This document shows positions 1 to 8,905 of a DNA stretch of 39,046 nucleotides, one piece after another (the first letter of the stretch is position 1; each line of letters begins with the position of its first letter). The stretch is from a virus (Duplodnaviria > Caudoviricetes). The DNA lies in IMG/VR virus record IMGVR_UViG_3300042297_000157, positions 1 to 39,046 of that record. One strand, 5' to 3'. The notes below the pieces were generated by a model. The model made no database searches, had not been told where the DNA came from, and saw nothing but the letters and a program-made list of their open reading frames with translations. The translations under genes and the position numbers were made by a program.

Positions 1-1
1 A

Positions 2-73
2 GTAAACAAAATGGTTTCACGGGCATACGGAGCGAGGTTAGCCCAGCGCCGTAACCCAGACGAAGACAATTAA
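2..73 (+). CDS. C-terminal end of an upstream gene (partial; portal or head morphogenesis protein by position)
   Basis: Open frame from the window edge, VNKMVSRAYGARLAQRRNPDEDN*, with TAA at 71-73 just before the scaffold gene. Function inferred from synteny only. Confidence 0.45.
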   Translation, partial: VNKMVSRAYGARLAQRRNPDEDN

Positions 74-121
74 GTTTAAAAAAACAGTTATTATTCGCCA
101 AACAACACATAAGGAATAGAC

Positions 122-919
122 ATGGCAAGAAATACCAATCCCGAAGGGGATATTATCAGCGTACCTGCGGACGCACCAATGGTGGAACAGTTCGTAGAGT
201 CGGCAATGAAGACTTCTAAGGTTTTTACCGAAGATGAAGTTGAAAGCATCCGCAAGCAAGAAAAGGACAAGATGTATAAGCGTCTTGAAGAAGCGGATAC
301 CCGTGTAAAGAGCATGGAAGAGCAGATGGGCGTAATCTCCGCTGAACGTGAAGCCGCTAAAAAAGAGGCTGAAGCACGTGCGGCTAAAGAAGCCGATATC
401 TTGCGCCAGCGAGAAGTTGACGAACTAAGCGCCAAGGAATTACTCCTTAAGCGTGAAGAAGAGTTCAACGTAAAACTTCAGGAAATTGACGGTGAGTACA
501 AGCGTCGTTTTGAGGAGATTGAAGGACAGCGCCAAGCCCAAGAGGCAATCATTGAAAAAGAGCGCCGTCTTCAGGAAATCAATTCTTACCGTAACCGCCG
601 ACTTCAGGAAACTCAGGAAGAAATCATCCCTGAATTGATTGATCTCGTATCGGGTAATACGGAAGATGAGATTGAAACATCTATTAGTGTACTTCGTGAC
701 CGAAGTAATGCTATTATGGAATCAATCCAACAAGCGACTGCGCAACAGCAAGGTCGTTTGAGGGGGGCACCAGTAACGGCGCCTCCTGTAGGGCCAATGG
801 AAACTCAGACGGAATACCAAACGTTGAATGCGGATGACATCCGTAACATGACAATGGACCAGTATGCAAAAATGCGAGATCGGCTACTTAATGCCCGCCC
901 CAATAGGGGTCGGTTCTAA
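122..919 (+). CDS. Capsid scaffolding protein
   Basis: 265 aa, E/K/R-rich coiled coil, C-terminal helix 'DIRNMTMDQYAKMR', immediately upstream of the major capsid gene. SD AAGGA upstream. Confidence 0.8.
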   Translation: MARNTNPEGDIISVPADAPMVEQFVESAMKTSKVFTEDEVESIRKQEKDKMYKRLEEADTRVKSMEEQMGVISAEREAAKKEAEARAAKEADILRQREVDELSAKELLLKREEEFNVKLQEIDGEYKRRFEEIEGQRQAQEAIIEKERRLQEINSYRNRRLQETQEEIIPELIDLVSGNTEDEIETSISVLRDRSNAIMESIQQATAQQQGRLRGAPVTAPPVGPMETQTEYQTLNADDIRNMTMDQYAKMRDRLLNARPNRGRF

Positions 920-935
920 AACCTAATATCAACAC

Positions 936-954
936 TTAATCCTAGGAGGATTAG
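936..954 (+). promoter_or_regulatory. RBS of the major capsid gene embedded in a hairpin
   Basis: TAATCCT(937-943)-AGG-AGGATTA(947-953) is a perfect 7-bp inverted repeat overlapping the SD AGGAGG. Confidence 0.5.
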
Positions 955-957
955 AAC

Positions 958-2034
958 ATGGCTTTTCCAGCCCCAACAGGTGGAGCAGTAACCAGTTCCG
1001 CAAGCATTAGTCCAAACGGCTACGGCTCGGCAACCGCCCTCTCCCCAGCAATTCAGCAAATCTGGTCCAAGGAAATCTTGTTCCAGGCAATGCCAGTCCT
1101 GCGTTTTGAACAGTTCGCAGTGAAGAAGACAGAACTTGGTGTAATGCCAGGACTCACCGTCAACTTCATGCGTTACAACAACCTTTCGGTTGGCGCAAGT
1201 GGTTCAGAACTCACCGAAGGTACCCGCATGGAACCAACGGCGTTGACTGCATCGCAGATTCAAATCACCGTTAAAGAACAAGGTAAGTCGGTTGCAGTAA
1301 CCGAACTTCTCTTGAACGCATCGTTTGATGACGTTATGGCTTCGTCCAGCCGCTTGCTCGGTCGTCACATGGCACAGTCCATGGACGTTCAGGCACGCAA
1401 CACGCTGTACTCGGCAGGCGTTCCATTCGGCGGCGGTTCAGCAGTTGCCCCATCGGTAGTCTTCGGTCGCACGACCAACGGCTCAACCCGTGGCTCAATC
1501 GCTCCTTACGAGTACTCAAGCGCTGGTTCAGCATCGGCTCCTGGTTACCTCTCGCCTGCAACTATCAAGGACGCAGTTGAAATCCTTGCTGGTCAGAACA
1601 TCCCACGCCTTGGCGACACATACGTGTGCTTCGTTCACCCATCACAGAGCCGCTCGCTCCGTGACTGGCCTGAATTCATTGAAGTCACGAAGTATGCCGC
1701 TCCAGGAAACTTCATGCTCGGTGAAATCGGTCGTATCTACGACGTAGTGTTCATTGAAACCACTCAAGTACTTCAGGGTGGCACTGGAATCGTTGACATC
1801 ACCCCAGGTGGTTCAATCAACGACCCAAGCGCAACCTCGTACAGCGCAATGATGATCGGTGACAACGCATTTGGTCAGGCAATCGCCTTGCCAGTTGAAC
1901 TCCGTGACGGTGGCGTAATTGACTTCGGTCGTGAGCATGGTCTCGCTTGGTACGCAATCTGGGGCTTCGGCGTAATCACGCACGAATCCCGAGTGTTGAT
2001 CAACACCAAGGGTGGCGCTATCGCTTCTGCCTAA
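958..2034 (+). CDS. Major capsid protein (N4-gp56-like, HK97 fold)
   Basis: 358 aa with motifs 'LTEG', 'YVCFVHP', 'GEIGRIYDVVFIET', 'DFGREHGLAWYAIWGFG'. Strong SD, biased codon usage and a downstream terminator. Confidence 0.92.
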   Translation: MAFPAPTGGAVTSSASISPNGYGSATALSPAIQQIWSKEILFQAMPVLRFEQFAVKKTELGVMPGLTVNFMRYNNLSVGASGSELTEGTRMEPTALTASQIQITVKEQGKSVAVTELLLNASFDDVMASSSRLLGRHMAQSMDVQARNTLYSAGVPFGGGSAVAPSVVFGRTTNGSTRGSIAPYEYSSAGSASAPGYLSPATIKDAVEILAGQNIPRLGDTYVCFVHPSQSRSLRDWPEFIEVTKYAAPGNFMLGEIGRIYDVVFIETTQVLQGGTGIVDITPGGSINDPSATSYSAMMIGDNAFGQAIALPVELRDGGVIDFGREHGLAWYAIWGFGVITHESRVLINTKGGAIASA

Positions 2035-2056
2035 TTAGGCAAAATGAAGTAGAGTT

Positions 2057-2087
2057 AAGGGGCGGGGTAAAACCCGCCCCTTTATTC
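2057..2087 (+). terminator. Rho-independent terminator after the capsid gene
   Basis: AAGGGGCGGG(2057-2066)-GTAAAA-CCCGCCCCTT(2073-2082) perfect 10-bp stem followed by TATTC. Confidence 0.85.
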
Positions 2088-2116
2088 ATAGTTAACTTAA
2101 ACAAACAGGAGTAATC

Positions 2117-2356
2117 ATGGCAACCAAAAAAGCCAGTCAATTTGCTGAGGCTGTTGATACAGCGTCAGAAGAAGCCGTTGTAGAAGTACAACCGCTTGAA
2201 GTATCCAGTGACGAAGTCTCAGCCCGTGTTAAGGGTACGTGGACGATGTTCTGGGGACAGTTAGTGTTTAATTTTGAAGACGGTACCCGCTACACGATTC
2301 CTCGTGACCTCTACAATTATTTGAAGAAAAGCGGAAACATCTACGACACCTTGTGA
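2117..2356 (+). CDS. Small virion-associated hypothetical protein
   Basis: 79 aa, SD AGGAG, directly after the capsid gene. Confidence 0.75.
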   Translation: MATKKASQFAEAVDTASEEAVVEVQPLEVSSDEVSARVKGTWTMFWGQLVFNFEDGTRYTIPRDLYNYLKKSGNIYDTL

Positions 2357-2364
2357 GGTAAGCA

Positions 2365-3543
2365 ATGCCAGGCTTTACAGTTCCCAATGCAACTGATTAT
2401 GCAACTGGAGTAATCGCCTCATTAGATCAATCAGAACCAGACTCGCTTGACTTTTCAAGTATTGCGGATCATCGTTCTGGTGTAGTCAGTGGTGGAGATG
2501 TCTCTTCAGTTGCTAGTGCCGCTGGTAACGCAACGCCTGCTTATCTGAATGTTGTGCTTGGTGCGACCGAAGTTCGGATCGCTGGAACCTATGGTTCTAT
2601 TACAGGTAGCACGGTTATTATTCCTGCCGCACCAACAAGCACAGATGCACGCTTTGACCTTATTGTCGCTTTTAACAACTCAGGTACTTTTCAGTACGCT
2701 GTTGTTCAAGGGACGGCTAGTGCAACGAACCCAGTATTCCCAACCATTGCAAGCACCCAAATTCCTTTGTATGCAATCTACGTAAAGAATACGTTCAACA
2801 CTCTCTACACCACTGCGTTAGTTGTAGATAAGCGTGCGTATGACTCCTCAAATACTGCTCGCCTTGCTTCTGGAACGCCAGCAAACGGAACTGGTTCTAT
2901 TGGTGACAGTTTTGTCACTAGCACTACAAACTCCAACAGTGGTCAATCACAGGTCTATGTTAAGACTGGTGCATCCGCATGGACCAACCTTGCTACATAC
3001 GTAGCGATGGCTTCGGCTAACACAGTGAGCACTCTTGTGCAACGTGACGGAAGCGGTAACTTTACCGCAGGAACCATTACAGCAACAGCGTTTGTTGGTT
3101 CTGGAGCATCACTTACCAACCTTCCTGGAGCAAACATTGGTGCTGGGTCTGTGGGGACCACACAACTAACAAATGGCTCTGTCACAGTAGACAAGTTAGC
3201 AACAGGTGCACCTCGTGCAGGTTTTAACTCCACACGATCAACTGCCACCATTACTTCTAACAACTACACCATTACCACTGCTGACCTTGGTAAGTTACTT
3301 GAGTTCAACCCAACAGCGGCAAACATGACTGTCACAGTTCCAGGAACGGGCTTTACTGATGGTGACCGTATTGACCTCTTGGCTATTAACTCAACTGCTA
3401 ACACCATTACTATTCAAGGTGCTGGTGGAGTAACTGTAAACGCTGAAAGTGGTCGCAAGACTCTTAAGGGTCAATGGGCAGGAGCAACGCTCATTAACCG
3501 TGGAACAAACTCGTGGGTGCTTATCGGCAACCTGATCGCATAA
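2365..3543 (+). CDS. Fibre-like structural protein (head, neck or tail fibre)
   Basis: 392 aa, G/T/S/A-rich, with fibre-type motifs 'TLVQRDGSGNFTAGTITA', 'FVGSGASLTNL', 'GSVTVDKLA' and a C-terminal beta domain ending 'TNSWVLIGNLIA'. Confidence 0.7.
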   Translation: MPGFTVPNATDYATGVIASLDQSEPDSLDFSSIADHRSGVVSGGDVSSVASAAGNATPAYLNVVLGATEVRIAGTYGSITGSTVIIPAAPTSTDARFDLIVAFNNSGTFQYAVVQGTASATNPVFPTIASTQIPLYAIYVKNTFNTLYTTALVVDKRAYDSSNTARLASGTPANGTGSIGDSFVTSTTNSNSGQSQVYVKTGASAWTNLATYVAMASANTVSTLVQRDGSGNFTAGTITATAFVGSGASLTNLPGANIGAGSVGTTQLTNGSVTVDKLATGAPRAGFNSTRSTATITSNNYTITTADLGKLLEFNPTAANMTVTVPGTGFTDGDRIDLLAINSTANTITIQGAGGVTVNAESGRKTLKGQWAGATLINRGTNSWVLIGNLIA

Positions 3544-3547
3544 GGCC

Positions 3548-4642
3548 ATGATTCCTGGAATCGTTGAGTCTTCACGGTGGGTGTCACCGTTTTCGGATAC
3601 GTTCAATCGTGCCAACACAACCACAATGGCTACAGCAGAAGTTGAATGGGTTGAAACCATCCCTGACTGGCAGATTATTTCTAACAAAGCGTATACCGCT
3701 ACAGCCACATCTTCGTACCCACTCCTTAGTTTTGATGCCACTAAAGCAAACGTAACTATTAAAGCAACTGGGGATTTGAATGGTGCTGGTTTTGGTGTGG
3801 CATTCTGGGTTACCAATGCCACTAACTGGTGGGCTGTTGTAACCGATGTTACCCAAGGTAGTACTTCAGGAACTACTTACACATGCCCTAATGGTGGCAC
3901 TCTTTCGGGAACTACCTGTTTAAAGACTTGTTACCAAACCTGCTATCAAACTTGTTACGGTTCTTGTTGTAGTACTGGTACATGCGTGAATAATGGAAAC
4001 CTGTCTGATCAAGGCTGTGGTTTAGGTGGTTACGACTACGGATGTTATGACTCTGGCGGATGTAGTTGTGACGCTTATGGAGGCGTAGGAGACACTGCAA
4101 CCTGTACCTGTTATTACGGAGGGTCTGTTCCCTTATCTCAAAACTTCTCGGCTAGAGCCTGTATTGATGGCGGAGGGTACGTTTTTAATGGGCAGTGTTA
4201 TAACGCTGTTGCTTCTGGTCAAATACCAGGGTATTACTACGCAGGGACAGTAACTTCATATGTTTCTTGTAACCCATACGCCTGTAACCCATACGATTGC
4301 AACCCTTACGCATGTAACTACGATGCCACTGGGACTACTTCAACAATTACTACGTACACACATACTATGAAGTTGATCAGAAACAATGCGGGAACCATTT
4401 CAACGGTGGCTACCGTTGCTCTTGGTGCAGATAACACCACCCCTGTTTATGTTGCTTCTATACAAGTAAACACAAATGGATCAACCATCTCAGCAACGGC
4501 TCTACGAAATGGAACAAGTGTAAACCTTACAAACAGCCCAGCATCACCAGTTACATCCACTAAACATGGAATCATCCTTGCCCCAGTTACTACGACTGCT
4601 CTTTTGAGCAGAAACGTAGACCAATTTGATTATCTAGCGTGA
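3548..4642 (+). CDS. Putative fibre tip or receptor-binding protein: beta-rich (lectin-like) domain with a 20-Cys insert
   Basis: 364 aa. Beta-rich N- and C-terminal parts flank a Cys/Gly/Tyr-rich central region. Follows the fibre gene. Confidence 0.6.
   Translation: MIPGIVESSRWVSPFSDTFNRANTTTMATAEVEWVETIPDWQIISNKAYTATATSSYPLLSFDATKANVTIKATGDLNGAGFGVAFWVTNATNWWAVVTDVTQGSTSGTTYTCPNGGTLSGTTCLKTCYQTCYQTCYGSCCSTGTCVNNGNLSDQGCGLGGYDYGCYDSGGCSCDAYGGVGDTATCTCYYGGSVPLSQNFSARACIDGGGYVFNGQCYNAVASGQIPGYYYAGTVTSYVSCNPYACNPYDCNPYACNYDATGTTSTITTYTHTMKLIRNNAGTISTVATVALGADNTTPVYVASIQVNTNGSTISATALRNGTSVNLTNSPASPVTSTKHGIILAPVTTTALLSRNVDQFDYLA
3926..3961 (+). repeat. Three degenerate 12-bp repeats (TCYQ-TCYQ-TCYG)
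   Basis: acttgttaccaa / acctgctatcaa / acttgttacggt. Confidence 0.7.
4268..4318 (+). repeat. 15-bp tandem repeats (CNPYx, 3.4 copies)
   Basis: tgtaacccatacgcc / tgtaacccatacgat / tgcaacccttacgca / tgtaac. Confidence 0.8.
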
Positions 4643-4649
4643 GGTTTAA

Positions 4650-4805
4650 ATGACTCTTGAACGACCTATTCCTAAGCCAACTGGATCAGTTGCAGATATA
4701 ACAAGGGTTCTTGGAACGATGACACACCGCCACCGAGAGCAACAACCAGAAGTAAACCAGCCAACACGTGACACTGTTCCTGGGGCTGGCTCAGGAGATC
4801 AGTAA
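4650..4805 (+). CDS. Small hypothetical protein (51 aa, not in the ORF track)
   Basis: SD GAGGT, then MTLERPIPKPTGSVADITRVLGTMTHRHREQQPEVNQPTRDTVPGAGSGDQ*. Fills the gap between neighbouring genes. Confidence 0.7.
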   Translation: MTLERPIPKPTGSVADITRVLGTMTHRHREQQPEVNQPTRDTVPGAGSGDQ

Positions 4806-4812
4806 TTTGAAG

Positions 4813-4818
4813 TAAACT
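4813..4818 (+). promoter_or_regulatory. Putative -10 element for a leaderless transcript
   Basis: TAAACT exactly 6 nt before ATG 4825, with no SD at normal spacing. Confidence 0.45.
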
Positions 4819-4824
4819 GTAAGC

Positions 4825-5637
4825 ATGTCAATCTACTCCCAGCAGATCCTTGATGAAGTCACAGAAGTAGCACGGACATACCTCCGAGACTTTCCTAAGT
4901 TCTTTCAGGTCTCCTTTGACACTGTCGGCAGAACCTACGAGTTAGGCAACCCTAACATTGACGCTGACACCCTTTGGGTTGCTACAAACGTAGGGGCCTC
5001 AGTTACTGCACTGACTTCCACACAGTACTCATTGGACAGCCGCAATGGTATCTTGCGCTTTGCTACCACTCCTGCGTCTGGCGCCAAGATCATGGTTGAG
5101 GGTTATTACTATGAATGGGTTTCCCCTAAAGACCTAGAGTTCTACGCCAAACAGGCAATCAATCAGCACACGTTTAGTCTTGATATACCTCTAGAAAACA
5201 TGGCTAAATTAATTATTGAGACCATTGGTATTGGTGCAATCGTAGAAGCACTCGGTGCCTTGATGTCTGAGTTTAGCCGTGACATTGACGTAATGACCTC
5301 AGAATCCATCCATATTCCTGCCAGCCAGCGCTTCCGCATGGTCCAAAGCCTCTTGCAGTACTGGAGCAACCAGTACGAGACACAGGCTCGTTCTCTCAAT
5401 ATTGGTGTTGACAGAATTGAAGTATTTAATCTACGCCGTGTATCCCGCACGACTAACCGCTATGTACCTATGTTCAGGGCTAAAGAACTTGGCGACTACA
5501 GCCCAACTGAACGTATCTTCCCGAACCCTGACAAAGAAGTCATTCAATTGGAAGAAGCCCCAATTGACAACTTGCGTGAGGACGTATATGTTGACATGGC
5601 ACCTCAAGAGGGCTATGTCAACAATTCGTTCTTCTAA
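4825..5637 (+). CDS. Head-to-tail adaptor / neck protein
   Basis: 270 aa between the head and tail genes. Helical C-terminal region 'HIPASQRFRMVQSL'. Called mainly on synteny. Confidence 0.6.
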   Translation: MSIYSQQILDEVTEVARTYLRDFPKFFQVSFDTVGRTYELGNPNIDADTLWVATNVGASVTALTSTQYSLDSRNGILRFATTPASGAKIMVEGYYYEWVSPKDLEFYAKQAINQHTFSLDIPLENMAKLIIETIGIGAIVEALGALMSEFSRDIDVMTSESIHIPASQRFRMVQSLLQYWSNQYETQARSLNIGVDRIEVFNLRRVSRTTNRYVPMFRAKELGDYSPTERIFPNPDKEVIQLEEAPIDNLREDVYVDMAPQEGYVNNSFF

Positions 5638-6173
5638 TGGATATTAGACGTGAGTTATCCCAGATACGCCGTCACTACCGTGAATACACGAGGAACTACG
5701 GCGAATCAATAGTTTGGTTTGAGTACCTACCAACTACCACTCCAGCCAGCGCTGGTTCTGTCTACGATGACGTATACGACGAAGGCATTGTAGGGTCTGG
5801 TGGTCGCAAGTACAAGAGCGGTGTAATCATACCTACCCTCATGATTACCGAAACTGAAGACCAAAAGCGAGCCATCCCCGAAGGTCGTCAGCCTGTAGAA
5901 CTTACCAACTTTGTGGCGTCTATTGAAGACTTCAGAAGTGCTGGTGTTACTGACCCGTTTGAGTACCAAAAGCACCTGAACGATATGTTCTTGTATGACG
6001 GTCGTTACTTTTCCATTGCCACATATCGTGTCCGTGGGCGCCTTCGTGACGATGTCATGGTAGTTGTTGAAGGTATTGAAGTTTATGTAAGCCAAGAAAT
6101 GCCGTTTGACCCAGGTCCAGCGGCAATGGGTGTCCAAAACTTACCATGGCCTACAGCGTTGCCCAGTATTTGA
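5637..6173 (+). CDS. Head closure (stopper) protein
   Basis: 178 aa, TAATG-coupled to the previous gene, beta-rich 'NDMFLYDGRYFSI'. Synteny. Confidence 0.55.
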   Translation: MDIRRELSQIRRHYREYTRNYGESIVWFEYLPTTTPASAGSVYDDVYDEGIVGSGGRKYKSGVIIPTLMITETEDQKRAIPEGRQPVELTNFVASIEDFRSAGVTDPFEYQKHLNDMFLYDGRYFSIATYRVRGRLRDDVMVVVEGIEVYVSQEMPFDPGPAAMGVQNLPWPTALPSI

Positions 6174-6205
6174 TAAACTTAAATCAATCTTAGCGAGCGC
6201 TAAGA
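6174..6205 (+). promoter_or_regulatory. Putative -10 (TAAACT) followed by a 5' hairpin
   Basis: TAAACT at 6174-6179, then TCTTAGC-GAGC-GCTAAGA inverted repeat at 6188-6205 in the intergenic gap. Confidence 0.4.
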
Positions 6206-6235
6206 GGTCCAACGCCTAGAACTTAAGGATGTGCC

Positions 6236-6634
6236 ATGACTGGCTACGTATCGTCTTTGCCCTCAAGTTCTAGCCCCCTTGTATCTGGAACCCCTTCTCC
6301 CTTGTCCTATATGGCTTTGGCTTCTGAAAGCCTTCCTCAAATACTGACTGATGCTATTAATAAAGCAATCAATGAGGAGACTGAGGAAATTAAAAAGAGC
6401 CTTGAGTCCGATGGCTACCCAGAGTTGGCAAATAACTTTAGTATCCAATACAACGAAGAGAACCAATCTTTTATGTTCTTAGTAGGTGGTGACGCCTCAC
6501 AACAGGTCAAGACCCTTGAGTATGGGGACTTGCAGAATGCGCCTAAAGGTATCTTTAGAAAAATGGTTAAACGTCGCTCTTCATCTTTTGAGATCAGGGT
6601 CAATAACCACATCAAAAAAGGGCTTGGGCTATGA
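6236..6634 (+). CDS. Neck / tail completion protein (HK97 gp10-like)
   Basis: 132 aa with an 'LEYG...AP' motif, located between the stopper and tail terminator. Confidence 0.5.
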   Translation: MTGYVSSLPSSSSPLVSGTPSPLSYMALASESLPQILTDAINKAINEETEEIKKSLESDGYPELANNFSIQYNEENQSFMFLVGGDASQQVKTLEYGDLQNAPKGIFRKMVKRRSSSFEIRVNNHIKKGLGL

Positions 6635-7266
6635 AGACTGGCTTCCTATTTGCTGAAGATGAGGCAATCAAACTACAGGTATCAGGTCTTACGGTTACTG
6701 ACGACCGTGACGCCGAGCGCCCAGTACAAGTGTTCTTCCGATACCCAGAAGGTGAAACTGAGCGCCATTACCCATTTATTACAATTGAACTAATTGATGT
6801 GGTGCACGCCAAGAACCGCCAACATTCAGAGTCATACCTAGACACCAATTCCCCTGGACAGCCTAATAATCTTGACTACTGGCCTAGCACTTCTTCTGCC
6901 AGTTCTCCAAACATTAACGGCTTTGACTCATACAGGACTACAGAGTTTCTACCTGTAGACCTTTTATACCAAGTTTCTACGTTTACAAGAAGCGCCATAC
7001 ACGACCGACAACTAGTGAACCAGATGCTCACCCAAGTATTCCCATTTCGTTATGGGTCTTTGGTGGTCTCCGCAGACAATAAGTCCCGAAGGTTAGACCT
7101 TCTGGACTGGTCAACGGCTGACCTTCTTGACCCTGAGGCGGGGTATAGGAAGCGTATCTTTAGAAAGATCTACACAATTCAGATGACGTCGGAACTTCCA
7201 ACGTCTGCACTAATCGGCCTCAAGAAAGTAACGACTGTTTCAACTACAATTGAACAGACTAATTAA
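6631..7266 (+). CDS. Tail terminator / sheath stabilizer
   Basis: 211 aa with 'YPFITI' and 'PVDLLYQVS', directly upstream of the sheath gene. Confidence 0.65.
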   Translation: MKTGFLFAEDEAIKLQVSGLTVTDDRDAERPVQVFFRYPEGETERHYPFITIELIDVVHAKNRQHSESYLDTNSPGQPNNLDYWPSTSSASSPNINGFDSYRTTEFLPVDLLYQVSTFTRSAIHDRQLVNQMLTQVFPFRYGSLVVSADNKSRRLDLLDWSTADLLDPEAGYRKRIFRKIYTIQMTSELPTSALIGLKKVTTVSTTIEQTN

Positions 7267-7308
7267 TTTGAAAATCCCTGTAAGTAACCCCTGATTTAGG
7301 AGTAAACA

Positions 7309-8886
7309 ATGGCATATGACATTCCTGGAGTCTACGTTCGTGAGACTCCCTTTACTAGCAACGTTAGCGTACGTAACGCTACAACAGCCGCCGCATTCGT
7401 AGGCACAACAGAACGTGGACCTTCCACGCCTTTGTTGGTTTCTTCATGGAGCGACTACAAGTCTGCTTTCGGTGAAATCAACAGCACCTACGATCTAGGT
7501 TATGCGGTCTACCATTACTTTGCTAATGGTGGTCGTGATGCCTACGTATCACGTGTAATTGACACCACCGCAGTAGCCGCCGCTGTTACCTTTCAAGGAA
7601 CAGTAACTGGCGCTTCAGCCGCAAGCACTATCTTTACGGTAGGTGCAAACACTGTCGGTGCTTGGGGTAACAACCTCTCAGTAACCTTGTCATTTGATCA
7701 GAACACTTTGACGGACCCATCGGGTACACCAAAGATTAACTCAGCATCATTGTTTTCAATGGCTGTTAACTTGGTGCAAGGTAGTGCCACGGTTGAAGTA
7801 GAGCGTTGGCAAGACCTTTCATTTGATCCAACCTCAAGTCGTTATGTAAAGAGCGTTCTTGATCTTTATTCTTCTTATGTAAAGATTGTAGGAACTCCTG
7901 CAACAATTTCATCCAGCACCACAATTACTGTTTCAGGAATTACTGCTGGAGTTTATTCAAAGACCTTGACATTGGTTACTGGTTCAGATGCAACTGCACC
8001 AAACACAGTAAGCGCCGATATTGAATGGGCAACTGCTGTAACCAACTTGGACAACGTACCTGGTCCGCTATTGGTTAACCTTGTTGGTCAGACAGGTAGC
8101 GTTCGTATCAACCAAGCATTGGCATACGCCGCTACCCGTGGTGACGCCTTCGTAATCATTGACTGCCCAATTGATGCAGTAACCAAGAGCACAGAACAAA
8201 CTGCAATTCTTGGCTACAGCACCACTAATGGTGGTTGGGGTGCAACCTACTTCCCAGCATTGAAGATGTATGACCCAGCAAAGAGCGGCCCAACCGCTAT
8301 CCGTGACACCTACCCAGGTGGAGCAGTTGCTGGAGCGTACGTACGTTCGGAGAACCTCCGTGGGGTTGCTAAAGCACCTGCTGGATACTTCTTGGATCTT
8401 CAAAACGTGTTTGGCTTGGTAGCAACTCTTACAGATGCAGATCAAGGTGAATTGTACAACGTTAACAACGTTAACTGTATCCGCACCATTGCTGGTGGTG
8501 GAACCATCATCAACGGAGCACGCACCTTGTCAAAGACTCGTCCAGACAAGTATGTGACTGTCCGTCGCACCTTGAACTTCTTGCGTGTAACACTCAAGAA
8601 CCAATCAGCATTTGCTGTGTTTGAGCCAAACGACGAACGACTCTGGGGTCGCATCAAGGTTGCTCTTTCAAGCACCTTGACTGACTTCTGGGCTAAGGGC
8701 AACCTCAAGGGTGCAAACCCAGCGAATGCCTTCTACATCGTCTGCGATGCATCAAACAACACCCAACAATCCATTGAAGATGGCAATGTAAACATTGAAA
8801 TTGGTGTTGCATTGCAGTATCCAGCAGAATTCGTCGTAATCAACCTCACACAGTGGGCTGGCGGTTCCTCCGCTACAACCCTTTAA
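7309..8886 (+). CDS. Contractile tail sheath protein
   Basis: 525 aa with 'PGVYVRE', 'FVGTTERGP', 'YFANGG', 'GVAKAPAG', 'YVTVRR', 'VFEPND' and 'PAEFVVI'. Confidence 0.96.
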   Translation: MAYDIPGVYVRETPFTSNVSVRNATTAAAFVGTTERGPSTPLLVSSWSDYKSAFGEINSTYDLGYAVYHYFANGGRDAYVSRVIDTTAVAAAVTFQGTVTGASAASTIFTVGANTVGAWGNNLSVTLSFDQNTLTDPSGTPKINSASLFSMAVNLVQGSATVEVERWQDLSFDPTSSRYVKSVLDLYSSYVKIVGTPATISSSTTITVSGITAGVYSKTLTLVTGSDATAPNTVSADIEWATAVTNLDNVPGPLLVNLVGQTGSVRINQALAYAATRGDAFVIIDCPIDAVTKSTEQTAILGYSTTNGGWGATYFPALKMYDPAKSGPTAIRDTYPGGAVAGAYVRSENLRGVAKAPAGYFLDLQNVFGLVATLTDADQGELYNVNNVNCIRTIAGGGTIINGARTLSKTRPDKYVTVRRTLNFLRVTLKNQSAFAVFEPNDERLWGRIKVALSSTLTDFWAKGNLKGANPANAFYIVCDASNNTQQSIEDGNVNIEIGVALQYPAEFVVINLTQWAGGSSATTL

Positions 8887-8905
8887 TCCAAGGAGCAAAT
8901 AGAAC

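Noticed and set aside
3548-4642. Diversity-generating retroelement target
   Set aside because: No reverse transcriptase and no template/variable repeat pair differing at adenines was seen in the window.
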